The position numbers and the translations under genes are program-made. This document shows, in pieces, positions 62,873 to 64,000 of a stretch of 64,000 nucleotides of DNA. The notes under the pieces were generated by a model that ran no database searches, was not told where the DNA came from, and saw only the letters and a program-made list of their open reading frames with translations. The stretch's first letter is position 1. Each line of letters begins with the position of its first letter. This DNA comes from Phaeosaccion multiseriatum (Eukaryota; Protista; Ochrophyta, other classes): positions 682,001 through 746,000 of the forward strand of contig OZ218950.1 of the NCBI GenBank assembly GCA_965112735.1. The letters run 5' to 3'.

Positions 62873-64000
62873 GCACAAGGCCGCGGCGAGGCTCAGCACA
62901 AAGAGCAGAGACGGCCACCTCCCTCCCACACACGAGACCTTTCGACGCCTCCAGCAAGCGCACGTCGACGAGAGCCTCGAAGAGATCAACACAGCAGCAA
63001 CAGCAGCCAGGGAGTACGCCAGAACCCAGGTGCAGGAGCACCCCGAGAATGGCAACGACGTCACCAGAGAGGAGATCAGCACAGCCATGCTGCTGACCTA
63101 CCGGAGGGTCAACTACTGGAAGGGCCAAGGAGCAGACGGGCGCAGGGCGAGCCACGTCAAGTACCCCCCGGACAGCCCCCAGGAGTACGCAATCGTGGAG
63201 GCTCTGACTGACACCTACGAGCTGCTCCGAACGGGGGACACTCCACTGCCTCCACAGCTCGCCAAACGGTGGTTCAGCACCAGCGCCGCAGCCCTCGGCG
63301 AGAAAGCGCGTCCTGTGACATCCCCCAACCTCTACCGCAGCCTCGTGGAGAGCTGTCACATGAAGCTCATCGCGGACAGGGTGGGCCCAGAGCTCAGAAG
63401 CGCAGGACAGCTAGCGGTAGCGGTCAGAGGCGGAGGGGAAACACACGCCGCAGCAGCCCAGCTAGCGCACGATGCCGGCAAAACCGTCGTGCTGCATGAC
63501 ATCACCAAGGCCTACACCCGCGTGTCGCGTGCCAGAGGCGTCCTTGCCTCAGGCGCACTCCCTACCATCGACCCAGCAGGCATCAACTACGCCATCGCCA
63601 GCCTCTCCCACGCCTCCGCCCACAACGCCCTCACACCAGACGGCACCCAGACCATCCACCAGAGCTCCGGAGTCAACCAAGGAGCACCAGAAGGGCCTCT
63701 CATGTTCGCAGCCGCCATCCACCCAGTGCTGAAAGTTCAGAACACAGCCGACACCGCAGCGAACCGCCCCACCATCTCCGCCTACGCAGACGACCTCATG
63801 GACCAGCTGGAACCCGACGCACCCCTACAGACCTACGCCCCACGCCATGCCCATCTCCAAGCCCAATTCCGAGGCTTGGGCCTCGAGTTCAACGAGAGGA
63901 AAACGGTTTACCTCATGGGCAAAGGCAAGCAGCCAACACAGGCTGACAGGGACCACGCCCAACGGCAGGGCGCCACACTTGCCACCGAGGGTACCGTGGT
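62873..64000 (+). mobile_element. 5'-truncated retrotransposon copy J (continues beyond window)
   Basis: Junction ctcgcacccct|gcacaaggccgcg with cct microhomology. RT motifs through YADD are present, with a few private SNPs. Confidence 0.93.

Overview
Eukaryotic, GC-rich, intron-containing DNA. A stramenopile or algal source is plausible but is only an inference from intron style and the zinc-finger family. The window has two interlocked components. (1) A tandemly amplified host unit of about 2.8-6.2 kb, of which 7 copies are touched. Its only complete gene is a minus-strand protein with 6-11 tandem C-x4-C-x9-C-x2-H zinc fingers (WRKY19-like), encoded by a 75-81 bp coding minisatellite with four hypervariable residues per finger. 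It is flanked by 5'-truncated pieces of two neighbouring genes. (2) Ten copies of one ~6.74 kb non-LTR retrotransposon with reverse transcriptase, CCHC knuckle and restriction-like endonuclease (CRE-clade-like): 3 full length, 6 5'-truncated (one running off the right edge) and 1 cut by the left edge. Every visible junction lies at the same nucleotide of the zinc-finger repeat (between the Cys-[Asp/Glu] and Lys codons), antisense to the host gene, with a 7-13 bp target-site duplication and no poly(A). The element protein carries two RING-like domains and a locally swapped zinc-finger module. Its 3' end presents a perfect in-frame splice donor (GAG|GTAAGT) on the host sense strand, so it may be spliced out as an intron. 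The best candidate for a novel system is a sequence-specific retrotransposon that parasitises a hypervariable protein-coding zinc-finger array. Many apparent frameshifts sit in homopolymers and are probably long-read errors.
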